A stretch of 64,000 bases of DNA. Source: Squalus acanthias (Eukaryota). Numbering within the stretch: the first letter of the stretch is position 1; every line of letters starts with the position of its first letter. Both the position numbers and the translations under genes were made by a program. Shown piece by piece: positions 22,561 to 36,742 of the stretch. Under the pieces are notes generated by a model that did no database searches, was not told the DNA's origin, and saw only the letters and a program-made list of their open reading frames with translations. Where the stretch lies: positions 32,986,001 through 33,050,000 of the forward strand of contig CM059432.1 in NCBI GenBank assembly GCA_030390025.1, in the 5' to 3' direction.

Positions 22561-23735
22561 TGTAAGTCGTTTTCTCAGGCGCACCGAAAACACACCTCTT
22601 ACTACAAGTTCTGGACGATAGGGATTATATGGACAGATCAGACTCGGACACCTGTTTGAGCTCAACCGTGTTGTGTTTAATAGGATTAACTAACACTCTA
22701 ACAGTAAAAAAAACAATACAACCCTGGCTTGTCCAACAAGCCATACCATGCTAAATTACCACGGTCTAATAAAAGAAACCCCCGTGAAATAAACGAACAC
22801 AGGACCCCAGCACTAAACCCCTTTAAGGTTTGGTTGGGACTTACAATCACCCCCTCACACAGCGAAGTGGTCTTGCGGATGTGTAAGCGCAGGCAATATG
22901 CTCACCCTGATTGCCCGTTGTTGTCTTGCTTGCAGCTTGTTCCTGTACGTCTCGCTCCTGGTTCCGTACCGCCGACGCAGTATCCAAGTTCCAGTTTGTC
23001 GAGGTCCGTTGATGAGGGATGAAGAGCAGCGCTCAGTTTCTGGCGGTGTTCTGTCGAGCCGAGCCCCACTCGGGAGACTTGCTGTAGACTGATGCCGAGG
23101 ATAAGAGAGAACGAGAGCAGCCCCCGAACGGCTCCTGATATACCCAAAACCATCACCTTTTTCTCCTGCCAATACTGATTGATGTATTGACTCAGGTGAT
23201 CTGTCTGGACCCCCCTGTGGCCTAGAGTGGCTCTTGACCTTTGAAATCTTTGTGAAAAATTATATTCCGTTGCCCCGCTCCCAGGCCTGGCACCTGGAGA
23301 GACAATGAGTGCTGATTACTGGATGTCTGACGATTCCTGAGTTGATGGCCCCCATTAGCAGGTAACTGGCTTCAATCTCAAACCGAACTGGCTTATCTCC
23401 TGGAAGACAATGGCCTGGCCATCTCCTGCCTTCCACCAGTTTCAATTGGGACTGTGCTTTATTGATGAGGGCATAGTGTCTGAGTTACCTCACGGGGTAT
23501 TGTTCCCAGTAATCATGTTAGATGGTGATGACTGTCAAACGGCGTGGGTTCCCTTCCACCCAGCCTGTCGGTGTGAGATAGCCGTTTGCATATGAATGCA
23601 CCTTAGTCAGGTTAGCCTGACTTGCAATCCTATTCCCTAAGCCACTCCCACAAGCTTGCCCAACAGTACAGTTCTTTCTTGAGGTTTTGGATATAAAATA
23701 TGATTCATAAAAATGGTCAGAAACCTGGTGCTATA
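22561..23735 (-). repeat. Long (~1.18 kb) solo LTR
   Basis: Starts TGTAAG; interrupts contiguous CR1 sequence with a 4-bp duplication CAAC; homologous to 5095-6375. Confidence 0.75.
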
Positions 23736-24324
23736 CAACCACGTCTCTGTAATGGCTACCAGATCATACCCATTTATTTCTATTTGTGCCGTCAACTCCT
23801 CCATCTTAGGAATGCTGCGTGCATTCAGATAGAGCTTTTAATTTTGTCTTTATACCATTTTTCCCTACTCTGACTACTTTCTTGGTGCACTCTTACATTT
23901 ATACGCTCTGTCCCTTCTTGTCACACTCTGGTTATCATTACCCCTATCGCTACCCTGCACTATTGCCTTCTCCTTTCTGACTTTTTTAATTTCCCCTCTA
24001 CTGAACCCTACCCTACCCCCCCCTCCCCTCCCCTCCCCCAATCCACTATTTAGTTTAAAGCCCTATCTGCAGCCCTAGTTATTCGATTCGCCAGGACACT
24101 GGTCCCAGCATGGTTCAAGTGAAGCTCCCTCTTTCCCCAGTACTGATGCCAGTGCCCCATTTCTCCCACACCAATCTTTGAGCCACACATTTATCTTTGA
24201 TCTTATTTAGCCTATGCCAATTTGCTCATGGCTCAGGTCGTATTCCAGAGATTATTACCTCTGTGGTTATACTTTTAAATTTAGCCCCTAGCTGCTCATA
24301 CTCCCTCAGCAGAACCTCTTTCTT

Positions 24325-27300
24325 TAGAAACATAGAAGATAGGAGCAGGAGTAGGCCATTCGGCCCCTCGAGCCTGCTCCGCCATTCGATGAGATCATGG
24401 CTGATCATCCAAACTCAGTACCCTGTACCTGCCTTCTCCCCATATCCCTTGATACCTTTAGCTTTAAGAAATATATCTAACTCATTCTTGAATATATTTA
24501 ATGACTTGGCCTCAACTACCTTCTGTGGTCGAGAATTCCATAGGTTCACCACTCTCTGGGTGAAGAAATTCTTCCTCATTTCTGTCCTAAATGGCTTACC
24601 CCTTATCCTTAGATTATAACCCCTGGTTCTGGACTCTCTGACCATCGGGAACATTCTTCCTGCATCTAGTTTGTCCAGACCTGTCAGAATCTTATGTTTC
24701 GATGAGATCCCCTCTCATTCTTCTATACTCCAGCGAGTATAAGCCCAATCGACCCAATCTCTCCTCATGTCATTCCTGCCATCCCAGGTATCAGCCTTGT
24801 GAATCTTCACTGAACTCCTTCCATGGCAAGAACATCCTTCCTCAGATAAGGCGACCAAAACTGCACACTGTACTCAAGGTGTGGTCTCACCAAGGCCCTG
24901 TACAACTGCAGCAGAACATCCCTGTTCCTATACTCAAACCCTTTCGCTATGAAGGCCAACATACCATTTGCCTTCTTCACCGCCTGCTGCACCTGCATGC
25001 TTACCTTCAGCAACTGGTGCACAAGGACACCCAGGTCTCGTTGCACTTCCCCTTCTCCCAATCTATTGCCATTCAGATAATAATCTGCCTTCCTGGTTTT
25101 GACACCAAAGTGGATAACCTCGCATTTATCCACATTATATTGCATCTGCCACGCTTCTGCCCACTCACCCAACCTGTCCAAATCATCCTGGAGTTTCTCG
25201 GTATCCTCCTTGCAGCACACACGCCCACCCAGCTTTGTGTCATCTGCAAACTTGGAGATATTACATTTAGTTCCCTTATCTAGATCATTAATGTATATTG
25301 TGAATAGCTGGGGTCCAAGGACCGATCCCTGCGGTACCCCACTAGTCACTGCCTGCCACTCGGAAAAAGACCCATTAATTCCTACTCTCTGCTTTCTGTC
25401 CGCCAACCAGTTCTCTATCCAAGTCAATACCTTGCCCCCAATCCCATGTGCCTTAACTTTACACGCTAATCTCTTATGCTGGACCTTATCGAAAGCCTTT
25501 TGAAAGTCCAAATACACCACATCTACTGGTTCTCCCTTATCTATTTTCCCAGTTACATCCTCAAAAAATTCCAGTAGATTAGTCAAGCACGATTTACCTT
25601 TTGTAAATCCATATTGACTTTGTCCGATCCTGTCACTGTTTATTTTTCAAGTGCTCAGCTATTACATCCTTTACAATGGACTCCAGCATTTTCCCCACTA
25701 CCGATGTCAGGCTTACTGGTCTGTTATTCCCCGCTTTCTCTCTACCACCCTTTTTGAATAGTGGGGTAACATATTAGCTACCCTCCAATCCATGGGTACA
25801 GTTCCAGATTCCATCGAATGTTGGAAGATGATCAGCAATGCATCTACTATTTCTAGGTCCACTTCCTTAAGTACCCTAGGATGTAGATTATCAGGCCCTG
25901 GGGATTTATCGGCCTTCAATCCCTTCAATTTCCCTAACACCATTTCCCTGCAAATACTGATTTCTTTCAGTTCCTCCCTTTCATCAGACCCTATGTTCTC
26001 CAACATCTCTGGGAGGTTATTTGTGTCCTCCTTTTGTGAAGACAGAACCAAAATATGCATTTAATTGGTCTGCCATTTCTTTGTTCCCCATTATAACTTC
26101 CCCCGCTTCTGACTGCAAGGGACCAATGCTTGATTTCACTAATCTTTTTCTCTTCACATATCTATAAAAGCTCTGGCAGTCAGTTTTTATGTTCCCTGCA
26201 AGCTTACTTTCATATTCTATTTTCCCCTTCTTAATTAATCCCTTTGTCCTCCTTTGTTGAATCCTAAACTGCTCCCAATCCTCAGGGTTACTGCTTTTTC
26301 TGGCCAATTTATATGCCCTCTCCTTGGATCTTATGCTATCCCTAATTTTCCTTGTTAGCCTTGGTTGAGTCACCCTTTTTGTTTTATTCTTATGCCACAC
26401 TGGGATGAACAAATTCTGTAGTTCATCCATGCAGTCTTTGAATGTTTGCCATTGCCTATCCACCGTCAACCCCTTGAGTGGCATTCCCCAATCAATCCTA
26501 CCCAATTCGTGCCTCATACCATCGTAGTTTCCTTTATTTAAATTCAGGACCCTAGTCTCTGATTCAACTACTTCACTCTCCATCCTAATGAAGAATTTGA
26601 TCATATTATTATAACTCTGACCCAAGGGGCCTCGTACAACAAGATTGCTAATTAATCCTTTCTCGTTATATAATACCCATTCTAAGATGGCCTGATCTCT
26701 GGTTGGTTCCTCGACATATTGTTCCAGAAAACCGTCCCATAAACATTCTAGGAATTCCTCCTCCCCAGTATTTTTACTAATTTGGTTAGCCCAATCTATA
26801 TGTAAATTAAAGTCTCCCATGATGACTGCTGTGCCCTTACTGCATGCTTCTCTAATTTTCCTTTTTAATGCCGTCCCCAACCTCTATTACTGTTTGGAGG
26901 TCTATATACCACTCTAACGTTTTCTGCCCCTTGTTATTTCTCAGTTCTACCCATATAGGTTCTGCATCATCAGAGCTAATATCCTTCCTCTCCATTGTGT
27001 TAATACCCTCTTTAACCAGCAATGCTACCCCACCTCCCTTTCTTTTTTGCCTATCTTTCCTAAATATTGAATAACCCTGGATGTTGAGTTCCCAGCCTTG
27101 GCCACCCTGGAGCCATGTTTCTGTAATCCCAATCAAATCATATTCATTTACCTCTATTTGCGCAGCTAATTCATCCACCTTGTTCCGAATGCTCCTTGCA
27201 TTAAGACACAAAGCTTTCAGGCTTGTTTTTTAATGCTCTCAGACCTATATGAATTATTATTTACTGTGACCATGTTTGATTTAAACCATTGAGTTCTTTG

Positions 27301-27397
27301 CCTTCTACTTTTGTTTTTCTCCTTCCTGTCTTTTTTGCTTTTATCCTTGTTTCCCTTTCCTCTGTCTCCCTGCTCAGGTTCCCAACCCCCTGCCACT
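24325..27397 (-). mobile_element. CR1 LINE, near-complete ORF2 (APE plus RT), frameshifted
   Basis: LNARSIRNK..GITETWL, MGDFN, SPGPD, FADDTKL; 3' tail at 24325; 5' truncated at the end of ORF1. Confidence 0.95.
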
Positions 27398-28715
27398 GTA
27401 GCAGCTTGCGAGACTTGGGTTCTGGTGCTCGGTCGGTATGGAGCAGGGTGAGTCTCCGTAGGACCTCTGCCGCGGTGTTACCCTCATTGTCTGGGTCAAA
27501 CCAATGAAGTGCCTTGACTAGGATCGAGGGCAGGCACTGACTGACCGGTGTCCGGAGCCAGTGGTTTAGAGGGCCATCCTGTAGTTGGAGGCGGGCCGCC
27601 ACCACTCCCTGGGCACAAATAGGAAGGCCAAAGTCGATCGGCGGTGAAAGCTTATGGGTGTTCCCCTGGCTTTTGTCCGGTATGGGAACATTCCAGGAAG
27701 GGGTTCCCTACTGACATGCCGAGAGCTTTCAAGATTGCCGCCTTCAAGCCGGCGGTAGTCCCCTGACCTGTCCCAGCCCCCCATATATCCCCGGATCGAG
27801 AGTAAATAACAATTTCCGATTTTCTTCCTCATCTAGGCCATGAATGCTGACAAATTGCGCAGCCATTAAGAAGGTGGTTTCGGACGATTGGCTGTATCTG
27901 GTAGATGGCAATTTCGTAGCAAGTTCCTGCAGTTGGCCCGTAGTGTGGGGACTCAAAGGTGCTTGCAAGTACTGGTTCGTCACCCTCATTCTGACCGGGG
28001 GTATAGTTTTGTTGCACAATCGATAGCATCGGGCTCGTCTGAGGGCCACCGGTTAAATGGAGGAGGGCGACTCTCGGTACATTGGATCCAGTCATCGGGT
28101 CCTTGTACCTCTCTCGTCCCGGATCTCGTTGGGCACTCGGCGCCGTTTTCAGCCTATTAATTTCTTGTTGACACTGAGGGCTGGATTTTGAATGACCCGT
28201 GGAGTCGGGTTTGGAGGCGTGTGGGGAGTTAAAGTAACAGATTCGGGGGTCCCGACCCCATCCCGACTCCATCCCGACTCCAACACGCCTCCACGCAATT
28301 TTGACAATCGGTCGCGGGGTTCCCGACTCCGTCCCGCCTCCAAGAGGCAGGAGAGGCTATTAAAGCCCTTAACAATCCCTAAAGTGGCTCAGTAATGCCA
28401 TTTTGAAGCATTTTATGTAGTTTAACCCTTTTCCCACGTGAAGCACGCCTGATGGGAAACACTCCAGTGAAACCTGGCGGGAGCACAAGTGGATTGCTGA
28501 CTCTCAGCTGCAGCTCAACCTTTAAATAGGAGATTTGATCAGCCACAATTGCAGGTGGCAGGACTTTGTTGTCACAGGTCTGGGGGAACTTTTAGAAGGC
28601 ATAACCACAGCTCTGGAAGTTTGGAGCCTGACACCCATCTGCAGTGTGACCTCCTGGGAACCCCCTCTCGCCACCCTCATTGACGGCTTCCTCAATTGAG
28701 ACAATTACCAGAGGC

Positions 28716-29936
28716 ATGGGAGCCATTTATTTCTTTCCCTCCTGGGCATCCGATGAGGACGAACAACAGCCGCGGCACCAGCAGAAGCATGAACAACAGC
28801 AGCACCAACAGCAGCAGCGCCAAGCTGCTGCTCACCCACCTGAAGCTGCACAGGACAGAAGGGGCCAGCGCATGGAAGGCCGTCAGCACAGGAGATACCC
28901 CCCAAACAGGGTCTACAGACAGAGGGTCAGCTACCTCAATATGTCTGAGTAGCAGTGCCAAAGGCGGCTCCGACTTTCGCGAGAGGTAGTGGGTGACATC
29001 TGCGCAATGCTGCAACAAGACCTGGAGCCCAGTGGACCAGGTGGACACCCCTTACCAGTGGCCGTCAAAGTCACCACCGCACTCAACTTTTTTGCCTCAG
29101 GCTCATTCCAGGGATCAGCAGCAGACATCAGCGGCATCTCTCAGGCGGCCGCACACACCTGCATCACGCAGGTAACCGATGCCCTCTTTGCCATCGCGCA
29201 CAATCACATCCATTTCACCAAGGATCGAGCAAGTGTCACGGCGCGTGCGGTTGGCTTAGCTAATCTGGCAGGCTTTCCAAGGGTGCAGGGCGTCGTTGAC
29301 TGCACACATGTGGCCCTTAAGGCACCCCATCGCAATCCAGGTATTTTTCTCAACCACAAGGGCTTCCACTCCCTCAACGTTCAGCTGGTGTGTGACCACA
29401 ACAAGGAAGTTCTGCATGTTTGTACCAAGTACCCTGGCAGTTGCCATGACTCCTTCATACTGCGCCAGTCTAGTGTGCCTCCGCTATTCAGTCCACCAGA
29501 CCAACTTCACGGATGGCTACTTGGAGACAAGGGCTATCCCCTGAAGATGTGGCTAATGACGCCGTTGAGGAGCCCATCCAACGCAGCTGAGGAGAGCTAC
29601 AACTCCAGCCACATTTCCACCAGATCCATAATCGAGCAAATCATCAGTATGCTGAAGATGCGCTTCAGATGCCTGGATAGATCAGGTGGAGCCCTGCAAC
29701 ACTCAGCAGCCAGGGTCTCCAGAATCGTCGTGGTTTGCTGTGCACTTCACAACATGGCACAGCGTCGTGGCTTACAGATGCCAGAGGACCAAGTGGCTCC
29801 TCACATAGCCTCCTCAGATGAGGAGGAGAGAGAGAACGAACAACTTGCAGAGGCCCCTCAACCAGCGGCAGCATTACGCGAGACCATAGCTGCCCGGAAT
29901 GCAAGGAACGCACTCATCTTGGCCAGATTTGCTTAG
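28716..29936 (+). pseudogene. Harbinger-B1 transposase with one in-frame TAG (28950-28952)
   Basis: [27 protein letters not shown]-rich N-terminus. Confidence 0.9.
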
Positions 29937-30181
29937 CCTAGACAAGAAAGCACTTTTGCCTCGCAGCTTCTAACCAGAGCTACGACAATGGCCCAGACCC
30001 AGCGGATCCCTAACAATGTGACCACCATACTGACAATTACAAGTTATCCTAAGGCCTCATTGTGGAAGTCCCATTAGCGAAATGACAGACGCCACAACTG
30101 CAGCTGTAGCCATCAGAGTTTTTATTTAAACTTTAGACCTGATGGCTTTTTAACATTACACATCAAAATTCACCCAAGTGA

Positions 30182-32085
30182 CTATTTGTGCAGTTTCTTT
30201 CTCTTACGCGTGCTCCTATGTGGTGCTTCCCCTGTGGCTTCAGCAGAAGTGGAGACCCCCTGCTCACTTTGTTGCTGCTGCTGTCTCGACTCCTTTGGCG
30301 GGCGTCCTCTGGGGTTGCGAACCTGCGAGGGCTCGGCAACAGTCTGCTGCTCCTGCGGCTGGGCAGGGGTTGAGACGCCGATCTCAGTTGGGTGCGGACT
30401 CTGGTGGGGCTCTGAGCGAGGACCTGTCAGTGGCATGAAAGTGTGAATGCTTGGAGAGGAGCCCCCACCTCCTTGTTGTATGCCACCAACATCCCTCTCA
30501 TGGGTCAGGTCCACCTCAGCGCTTGCAAGGGGCTTGAGAGCACCTTGCTGCACATCTGGGGGGCCATGGGGACCCGTATCTGCACTGGAAGTCCTACTCA
30601 GAAGGACTTCCATGAAGGTCTGGTTTCTCTGTTCAATAGATGACCATTGCTCCTCCAGAGATGTCATTCTATTCCGAACACTCACCATGTTTTCTGCACT
30701 CTGGCAACTTATCACCTCCATGGAGGTTGCCATCCTTTCCATGGTGATGCATTCATGCGCCAATGACTCCACAAAGGCTCTGCTCATGTTCGCTATGGAC
30801 TCCTCCATTCGCTCCACACTCTCAGCGACCCTGGAGACAAAACCTGTCAGACTCCTGCATCTGTTCCTGGAGTCCCAGCACCACTGATCTTATGGATGGA
30901 CCCAGCGGCAGAGGTTTGACATGCAGCTGAGCAGAGATAGAGTCCTGCGCCCTCCGACTAGGACTCTCCACTGCTGTCCCTGTCTCCACCATCTGCTGAT
31001 GCTCACTTGTGAGCTGTGATACACCAGGTGACGACACTACTCTGTCCCGAGGGTCCCACCGAGGTGTGAGTGTCTGAGCTGGTGCTGGGTGCGCTGAGAT
31101 CTGCTGACGCTGCGCCCTCAGAGGTTGCAGCTTCCTCTGAGGAGTCTGGATGCTCAGGCTGTTCCTCCTGGCTAGTGGGGACGGGTGCTTGCGATGGTCC
31201 TGTGGGGGAGTAAAGGAAAGAGTCAGATGTGATGCCAAGGTTACATGCACATTGCATATTGCAGATGATCATAAATCCATCTGTTAGAGCTTCAGATTCA
31301 TTATCAGCGACTCATGCAATGTCAATGAGAGAGATGGAACACTATTCAGTCACCAGTTTGCTTTGATGCACCCGTCTGTCCGCCCCACTTGCGTTTCCTC
31401 CTCGACGCCCACGATCTCCAGGACCGCATCCTCCCAGGGGTGTGCTGGGCTAATGAGGGTGGCCCTCCTTCTGTCCTGGCTCTTTCCCTTTTATTGTGAG
31501 CGCTCTTCCTGCAATGAGGGAGACAAGTGGAGTTTGAGTGAGATTGAAGGAGTGAGTGCAGAGAATCCATAGCATAGATGCTTAGGAGACAAAGATGGAT
31601 TGAGCTGGCGAGACTAAGAGCCCTCCCTGTGTGTTGTAAGTTGTTTTCAAAGCATAAGTGACAGGGAGTGTGAGGGCTGCATAGTCGAATAGTAAGGTGA
31701 ATGTGACCATAGAGGGAGAGGGAATGGGTAAGGGTGCATGGATGTCCGTGTCAAGTGGGATATGGAGGAAGAGGTTGCTAAAGCTGAGTGCTGGTGAGGA
31801 GAGGCAATGGGATTAGATTGAGGGTGAAGGGAAAGTCATACTCACTTTAGCAGTACGTAGAAGGTCATGAAACCTCTTCCTGCACTGGATCCAGGTTTTG
31901 CTTGTCAAAGATAAAGAGGTGACCTCCTGGGCGATCTGGACCCACACAGCCTTTGTCTGCTGGGGAGGCTTCTTCCTCCCTGAGGAGGGGAAGAGCACCT
32001 CCCTGTTGGCTCTTGCTCCATCCACCAAAGCCTGAAGGTCAACGTCATGGAATCTGGGAGCAACCCATGGCCGTTGGCTGGCCAT
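30182..32085 (-). pseudogene. Harbinger-B1 Myb/SANT-like gene (spliced, disrupted)
   Basis: APRFHD...WVQIAQEV..QCRKRFHDL followed by a GTGAGT donor; basic C-terminus RSTRKRKK. Confidence 0.8.
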
Positions 32086-32537
32086 TCCTGCTGCAGGTGC
32101 CTTTAGATCAGAGGTCCAAAAGCTTGGCAGCCTCCAGAGGGAGCAAGGCTTGTTGCAGACCTTAAATGCAGCAGCAATGATGACGTCATCGGAGGCAACT
32201 TTCAGACTGGAATAACTCATTGGCCATGGGTTCCCACATGTTGGAACTCAATTGGCCAATTAAGTTAAAATCGCATCATTCATCCACATTAATCTGGAGT
32301 CGGGGCGGGGGGGGGGCAAGACGAAATGCGGGTAACATGACCCCAACCCGACCCCAAGACAAAATCTAGCCCTGACTGTGAAAAGCAGTCACAATTTGCT
32401 GCCGTTTTAAAACTCTAAGCTGCTTTAATATCCTCACATCCCTGTTCTGCCGTGTCTCATTTCTTTTCTGTGTTCGTTTCTGCAATTTATCATTCGCATT
32501 AGTCAGAACACTGTAGAAACTGCGTTTCACACTTAAA

Positions 32538-35500
32538 GGGCTCGATTTTAATAGCCCTTTGGAGGCCGGTCTGTTGGGAAAATCAGGGGGGAAAAAAGGC
32601 TTCAGACACCCATCCTGCCCCCACCCGATTTTTGAGAGTTTCTGTTCAGCTGCTCCCAAACTGGCCCGACTGGAATCGGTGGGACAGGTAGTTAAGGCAG
32701 TTAACAGCCTGTTAACTGCCTTGCAAATCCTATTTTCATGCTTCTGGCTCCTGTTGCCTGACCTTGTCAGAAACAGGCCAGGTTCAAGGAGACGAGTTGC
32801 TGGAGGACATGATTTGTATTCATTGGTGGAGCGCTTTGAAAGCGCCCCTGAAACATGGCTGACATTCTGTTGCAACAACTATGCTGTTGTGTGTATGGGA
32901 TAAGATTTTGCATATCTACTGACCTTGTGACTGTTCAAGCTGACACCCATCTGCAGTGTGACCGGAATGGAATAATTTCAGGCCACTTCGACTGTGCGCT
33001 TGCAAGATTGCTGCCTCAAATGAAATCTATAGCAAGGAGGTGGGAAATATTTATGCCCTCTCATCCTGGTCCTCATAATCCGAGGAGCAGCAGCCGCGTG
33101 GCTCAGTGCAGATCTTCCTGGGAAGAGGAGCAGGAGGAGGACGAGAGGCGCCTTGCATACCCTGTTGTGACCAATGCAGCATTTCTTCAGTTCACTGCTG
33201 CCTGTCAAGCAGGGTATGCACACTGCCATGCCACATTAGCATAAGCTTACTCTTCAACCATAGGTGGCCACCATATGGTTCTGTAATTGCAGCCAACATC
33301 TATCCAATGTCATACTTCATCTCTGATATACCCGGTTATTTCCTGTCACTTTCACCATCAGTACAAAAGCAAGTCGCCCTGAGTCCTCAATGCGCTTTTG
33401 CCATTTCCCAGAACACACAGGCCACACAATCAAATGTTTGCCATTATTTTTCTTTTACACGTGACAAAAGGATAGTAAACCACCAGTCAGAAAAAAAGAC
33501 AAAACACCCAAATGAGTCCCCTTGTGAGTGTAGGTGCTTAATCTTTCTCTTGCGCGTGCTTCTACGTGGTGCTTCCCTGTGGCTTCAGCAGATGTAGAGG
33601 CACCTTGCTGACTAGGATGCTGTGCCCTTTGGCGGGTGTCCTCTGGGTTTGGGAGCCTGGGAGGGCTCTTCAACAGTCTGCTGTTCCTGTGCAGGGGCTG
33701 AAATGGCCATCTCAGTTGTCTCCGCAAAGTGGGTCTCTGACCGAGGGCTCTTCAGTGGCATGGTCATGTGAGCGTTTTGAGAGGAGCCCACACTTCCTTC
33801 AATCCTGCCAACAACATCCCTCTTCTGGGTCAGCCCACCTCAGTGCTGGCAAGTGGCTGGAGAGCACCTTGCTGCACATCAGGGGGACCATGAGGCCCCG
33901 TATCTGCACTGGCAGTCCTCATCACAAGGATGTCCATGAAGCTCTGGTCTCTCTGCTCTATAGCTGCCCATCGTTCCTCCTGAGATGACATTCTATTTTG
34001 AACAGTCACCATGTGTTCCTGACTCTGGCGACTTATTTCCTCCATGGCGGTAGCCATCCTATCCATGGAGGTGCGTTCATGCGCCATTTCCTCCACCACA
34101 GCAGTGCTGATGTTAGAGGTGGACTCCTCCATTCTATCCACACTCTCTCTAACCCTGGAGGCAAACCCTTCCAGAGACTCCTGCACTTGTTCCTGTATTT
34201 CCCGAACCGCTCTCTTTCTGGCTGGCCCCAGAGGCACAGTGACGTAAGAAAATTACTAGGCACTTGGTCTAAGCGTTAAACAAAGCTTTAATCAACTGTT
34301 TTTCAACATGGCGATCTAGTTGTGTCCTTCACTAGTTCCTGTTGAGGAATGTCCTAAGCAAGCTGGGCCCATGCCCGAGTATTTATACTCTCCCTGGACA
34401 GCGTCACCAGCAGGCCGCCCAGTATTACTTCATACATGAATGACGAGATTCATGTCACACAGCGTCTGCATGCAGCTCAGCAGAGGTAGTAGGAGAGTCC
34501 TGCGACTTCTGCCGAGGACTCCACTGCTGTCGCTGTCTCCACCATCTGCTGATGCTCACTTGTGCGCTGTGATAGACCAGATGGCAACACTAATCTAACT
34601 CGCGAGGGCCCCACTGAGGTGTGCGTTGGTGCGCTGAGTCCTGGTGACGCTACTCCCACAGAGGCTTCAGGTTCTTCTGAGGAGTTGTCTGGGTCAGGGA
34701 TGGGGGTGGGGGGACACTCGATGGTCCTGTGGGAGAGTAAAGGCATAATTTAGACTTCTGATATTGATATAGCAGACACATCCTTTTGAGCAGATGATGC
34801 AATGCGATTATCTATGAACATCATATGCCATTGCAGTCTGAGGCATGAAACTCTGTCACCAACTTCCTCTAGTGTGCCCATCTCTCCATCGCCCACTTCC
34901 AGGTCCTCACCACCTCCAACAATCTCGTTTGCTGCCTCCTCAGCACTCAGCACTGGTCAATGTTGCTAGGGTAGGTGTTCCTCCTCCAGTCATTGCTCTT
35001 TCCCTCTTATTGTGAGCTATCTTTTCCTGCAAGGAGGGACACAAGCGGTGTTTCAGCCCCAGTGATGGAGTGAGTGTGAATAATCCCTACCATAGAAGCT
35101 TTGAGGGAGACGAAGATGGGGGTAAGGTGCCAAGAGGAAGCTCGCTCCCTGTGTTGTTAATTGTTGTCACTGCATGACAGAGTCTCTAAGGGGTGCATAA
35201 GCAGGATGCTGAAGTCATTCAGTGCAGAGACAGAGATGGATAGGTAAGGGTGCAAGGTAAAAAGGTGAGGTGGGATGTGGAGGAGCAGGCTTACAACGCA
35301 GTGTGCTGGTGATAAGAGAAGGGAAGCAGATTGAAGGCAAGTGTGATGGGATACTCACTTTTGGTGTTCACACAAGATCATTGAACCTTCGGCACCGGAT
35401 CCATGAGCATGTACATATGGACCTTGCGCTCACCTCCTGAGCAATGCGCAGCCAGGCTGCCTTGGTCTGCTGAGGAGGTTTCCTCCGGCCATCAGGAGGT

Positions 35501-35867
35501 AAGAGAAATCTCCCTGTGCCCTCTAACCGCATCCACAAGAGCATGGAGGGGGGAGTCATTAAATCGAGGCGCTGCCTTGCCTCTGGAAGAAGTCATTGTG
35601 TATAGATCAATTTCAGTGAGTCCAGGAATCCACAAGAGAAAGGCTTCGGCTGAATTGTAGCTTTAAAAGCAGCTGCTATTTGACTGTCATCAGAGGCGGC
35701 CAGCCGACTCAATCGCACTCATTGGACTGGCCAGCGCGCCTCATTGAAATCAACAAGCTCATTCAATCAAAATTGGACATCAGCAGCTGATCCCGCCGGA
35801 AGCGGCTCCGGAACCCGCCCACCACTCAACCCGACTCCAACCCACCTCCGGAATTAAAATCGAGCCC
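32538..35867. mobile_element. Harbinger-C, internally deleted and decayed
   Basis: Perfect 15-bp TIR GGGCTCGATTTTAAT; TSD AAA; Myb remnant WLRIAQEV..CRRFNDL (35368-35559, minus); no recognisable intact transposase. Confidence 0.88.
34240..34457 (-). repeat. Solo LTR (218 bp) related to the Gypsy-A LTR
   Basis: TGAC...GTCA ends; TSD CACAG; shares GGGCCCATGCC, GAGTATTTATACTC and GGCCGCCCAGTA blocks with the Gypsy-A LTR. Confidence 0.92.
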
Positions 35868-35895
35868 AAAGTCTTCCTGCATTTGTAATTTCTCC

Positions 35896-35928
<33 letters not shown>

Positions 35929-36742
35929 ACCTTTTGTAGATCTTTCATCAACCTTTCTACCACTGCTTCCTGATGACTCAACTGTTCCTTCAACCGTGTG
36001 ATCTCCCCATCTTGTTGGGTATTCACCCCTTGTTTGTTCGCAATTTTGCAATCCATGGCCAAAAGCCAGACCGCCCGTTTGGATTTTTCTTTTTGGGCCA
36101 AACTTTCCGACCATTCAAACGCTCGGTCCTTTGGACTGGGCACTACCAAAATAGATTTCATCCATTCTTCATTAGGATTTGCCTTTCCCAGACAATACTG
36201 ATCCATTTGCTCATGGCCCGGTGTGGGCCCCTTACTCTTTCTCTTACCGCTTATGCCCGACATTTTGGATAATAGTTTTACCTCAGAGTCCTGCCACGGT
36301 CGCCAAATCTGCAGGCAAAAAGGATTGTGCCTTTACCCTATGTTACAATGTTCGTGACTCCGGGAATTAGACACACACACACAATGTCGGATTAATCATT
36401 GACGCTTTTATTTGTCTAACTCAAGTTAGGTAAACACAATTATAGCACAACAAACACAGAGTAAATACCTTAAGGGTTCCCGTTTATGCTACCCAGACTC
36501 GAGTGCTGGTCAGGCTTCCCTTGCCCTGGGTGTCTCAACTTGGTGACCAAACCAAGGACTCATTCTTCACTGAAGTGCCGAGATCTCTCTCTACCCTCAT
36601 TTATGTTTAGAATTATTGTGGCTGCAATCAGATGGTCAATTGTGTGCTAATCTCACTTGATTGCTTTAGTCTAGCAAGTTTCCCAATTTAATATAGTGGC
36701 CATCTTACACAGCCAGAGCTCGAGCGGCTGTAGCTGGCGACA

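Larger units (their letters stand above)
9740..24324 (-). mobile_element. Older CR1 LINE split into pieces (9740-10131, 22136-22560, 23736-24324) by later insertions
   Basis: APE endonuclease motifs ILDLVLCNE..SDH (9891-10131) and IIMGDFN (~22270); ORF1 esterase-like KEVLLREYEQLG..VIISG (~24230-24324); pieces join across TSDs. Confidence 0.8.
28178..32372. mobile_element. Harbinger-B1
   Basis: TIRs GGGCTGGATTTTG / GGGCTAGATTTTG; TSD TGA; transposase on +, Myb gene on -. Confidence 0.95.
27398..36742 (-). mobile_element. gag: Second lokiretrovirus-like element: LTR (~36310-36742), PBS and decayed gag split by two Harbingers
   Basis: gag pieces 35868-36263, 32373-32537 and 27398-28177 resemble the gag at 53150-54947 (AVWL, HSxCQxEI, PH..QL..KLLFTLD, HWL..WFDP); PBS TGGCGACCGTGGCAGGAC at 36288-36305. 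Confidence 0.8.

Noticed and set aside
35897..35928. Poly-Gly coding tract or G-quadruplex from a 32-C run
   Set aside because: Homopolymer in a dead gag; likely slippage or a sequencing artefact.
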